Source: a virus (taxonomy: Duplodnaviria > Caudoviricetes). Taken from it: a stretch of DNA of 57,578 bases. Where the stretch lies: IMG/VR virus record IMGVR_UViG_3300019752_000009, positions 1 to 57,578 of that record. One strand, given 5' to 3'. Positions 56,302 to 57,578 of the stretch are shown piece by piece (the first letter of the stretch is position 1; each line of letters begins with the position of its first letter). The notes beneath the pieces were generated by a model, which was given only the letters and a program-made list of their open reading frames with translations, made no database searches and was not told the origin of the DNA. The position numbers were made by a program, and so were the translations under genes.

Positions 56302-57144
56302 TCAATAGTTAAGTTTTATTTTATCTTTTTTAACCCCCATCTTCTCAGCAACTCTATAAGCCAACCGTTCAAGCATCCAATTTTCTTTACCGTAATCGAT
56401 ATCATTCTGACTAGGTTTCAGTAACTCATATGTGCTTGTATCACATACCCAATTAACAGCTTCATAAACCCCATCCTCAAAACCTTTCTTGCACGCCATG
56501 ACACAAGCGGTATCACCCACCTTGCCAACACTAAATAGCAATTCACCGACATTAAACGCATGTGAATCATTATTTACATTGTCTAAGCAAAGTACAACCC
56601 ACTCATTTTGCATTAGTTTCCAAACGATATCGAATGTTAACTCTGTGTCATTTTGAGTCAACCACTGCGTGATGAAATCAGAAATATTATCAGGCAACTC
56701 ACACTTAGAGCAATCCAAATACATTACCAATCGATGCCCTAACTCATCATGTTTGTAATCCTGAGAGCGGTGCAAAATATACTTCATCAAGTAAGTTTTC
56801 CCGCAACCCGCAACATTAAAACGAATGCTTGACCCACACATTGGAGATATGTTTTCCCCTACATGATTTAACATAAAATCATAAATATGTTGCTCTGCAT
56901 CGCGTAAAGATAATTTACTATCAAGCACTTGTTGAGTCAACCCAGATTTACCATGCTGCTCAATACACCATTCACCCATATTATCCATAAAATCTTTTGA
57001 ATGATGGATAGCAATATCTTTATGTTCAGCAATAACATTTAGGTTTTTATCTGTTACTACACACGCAACTTGCAAAATAGAATCTCTACGTGGATTCATG
57101 CCTGTGGTTTTAGTATCAATCCACACTAAGTTATCTTGGTTCAA
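56302..57144 (-). CDS. Chimera: truncated, catalytically altered oligoribonuclease (Orn) N-terminus plus P-loop NTPase
   Basis: NLVWID..TG, VTDKNLNVIAE, H..SGL, SPMCG.SI match Orn; then AGCGKT Walker A and VVLCLDNV Walker B. Confidence 0.75.
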   Translation of the reverse strand: MNQDNLVWIDTKTTGMNPRRDSILQVACVVTDKNLNVIAEHKDIAIHHSKDFMDNMGEWCIEQHGKSGLTQQVLDSKLSLRDAEQHIYDFMLNHVGENISPMCGSSIRFNVAGCGKTYLMKYILHRSQDYKHDELGHRLVMYLDCSKCELPDNISDFITQWLTQNDTELTFDIVWKLMQNEWVVLCLDNVNNDSHAFNVGELLFSVGKVGDTACVMACKKGFEDGVYEAVNWVCDTSTYELLKPSQNDIDYGKENWMLERLAYRVAEKMGVKKDKIKLNY

Positions 57145-57455
57145 AATTATTTCCCTTTATTAAAGATGCTTGCATTAACTATTAAAACTCAAAGAAACAA
57201 CATCATAACATTACAACTCAAGTTAATCAATATATTTATGATGTGTTTTTATGGCTGGCGGTTTAATTGTATTGTAAGCAAGCTTGATGTGTTATTGCAA
57301 TATAAATCACGAAAAGTATTATGTATATAAACGCAACTAAAAACTAACTTAGTGGTCGGAAACCTATATATTTTGTTAACAGTGAAATAAGACGTTAAAA
57401 CGCACTTAGGTATAAACACATACACCACCACACTTAAAACACCACACAACCCCCC

Positions 57456-57578
57456 TTAACGCTCGATTAACCAAACATTCTACCCCAAACATAATCCCAT
57501 CCATCACGTTTCCCCCTCCCCAATAATTAATTTTCCAAAAAAAAATTAATCAAAGAAAATCCAAACTGTGGGGTTATT
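57456..57578 (-). repeat. Right copy of 123-bp terminal inverted repeat
   Basis: Exact reverse complement of 1-123. Confidence 0.97.

Noticed and set aside
57136-57449. Two short ORFs near the right end
   Set aside because: Low-complexity non-coding-like region with no RBS support

Overview
AT-rich fragment of a tailed dsDNA phage genome, probably a long-tailed siphovirus; the host is not determinable, though the Orn-like, beta-clamp and sigma genes hint at Proteobacteria. It is bounded by a perfect 123-bp terminal inverted repeat. Transcription mostly converges from both ends to about 48.9 kb. The left arm has small early genes behind sigma70-type promoters, a reversed SNF2/PAPS-reductase-like/ParB-like (IbrAB-type) module, a beta clamp and a sigma factor. 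The centre has scaffold, major capsid, head-tail adaptor, tail tube, a frameshifting tail chaperone, a 3508-aa tape measure, tail-tip genes and a gpF-like head protein. These are split into islands that each start with CTATATTTT and are interleaved with an RNA ligase, a DUF4942-type methyltransferase and an Acb2-like anti-CBASS protein. The right arm (minus strand) has 10 tRNAs, a 708-aa helical+TerD-domain protein, small paralogs and a dead-Orn/P-loop chimera. No terminase, portal, DNA polymerase or endolysin is recognisable. Best candidate for a new system: four tandem structured RNA units (52620-52946) with sequence-divergent but complementary stems and an invariant UACUUCUA motif, apparently co-transcribed with the TerD-domain (possibly Ro60/TROVE-like) gene next to the tRNA operon. 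All family calls are by-eye motif recognition, not database results.
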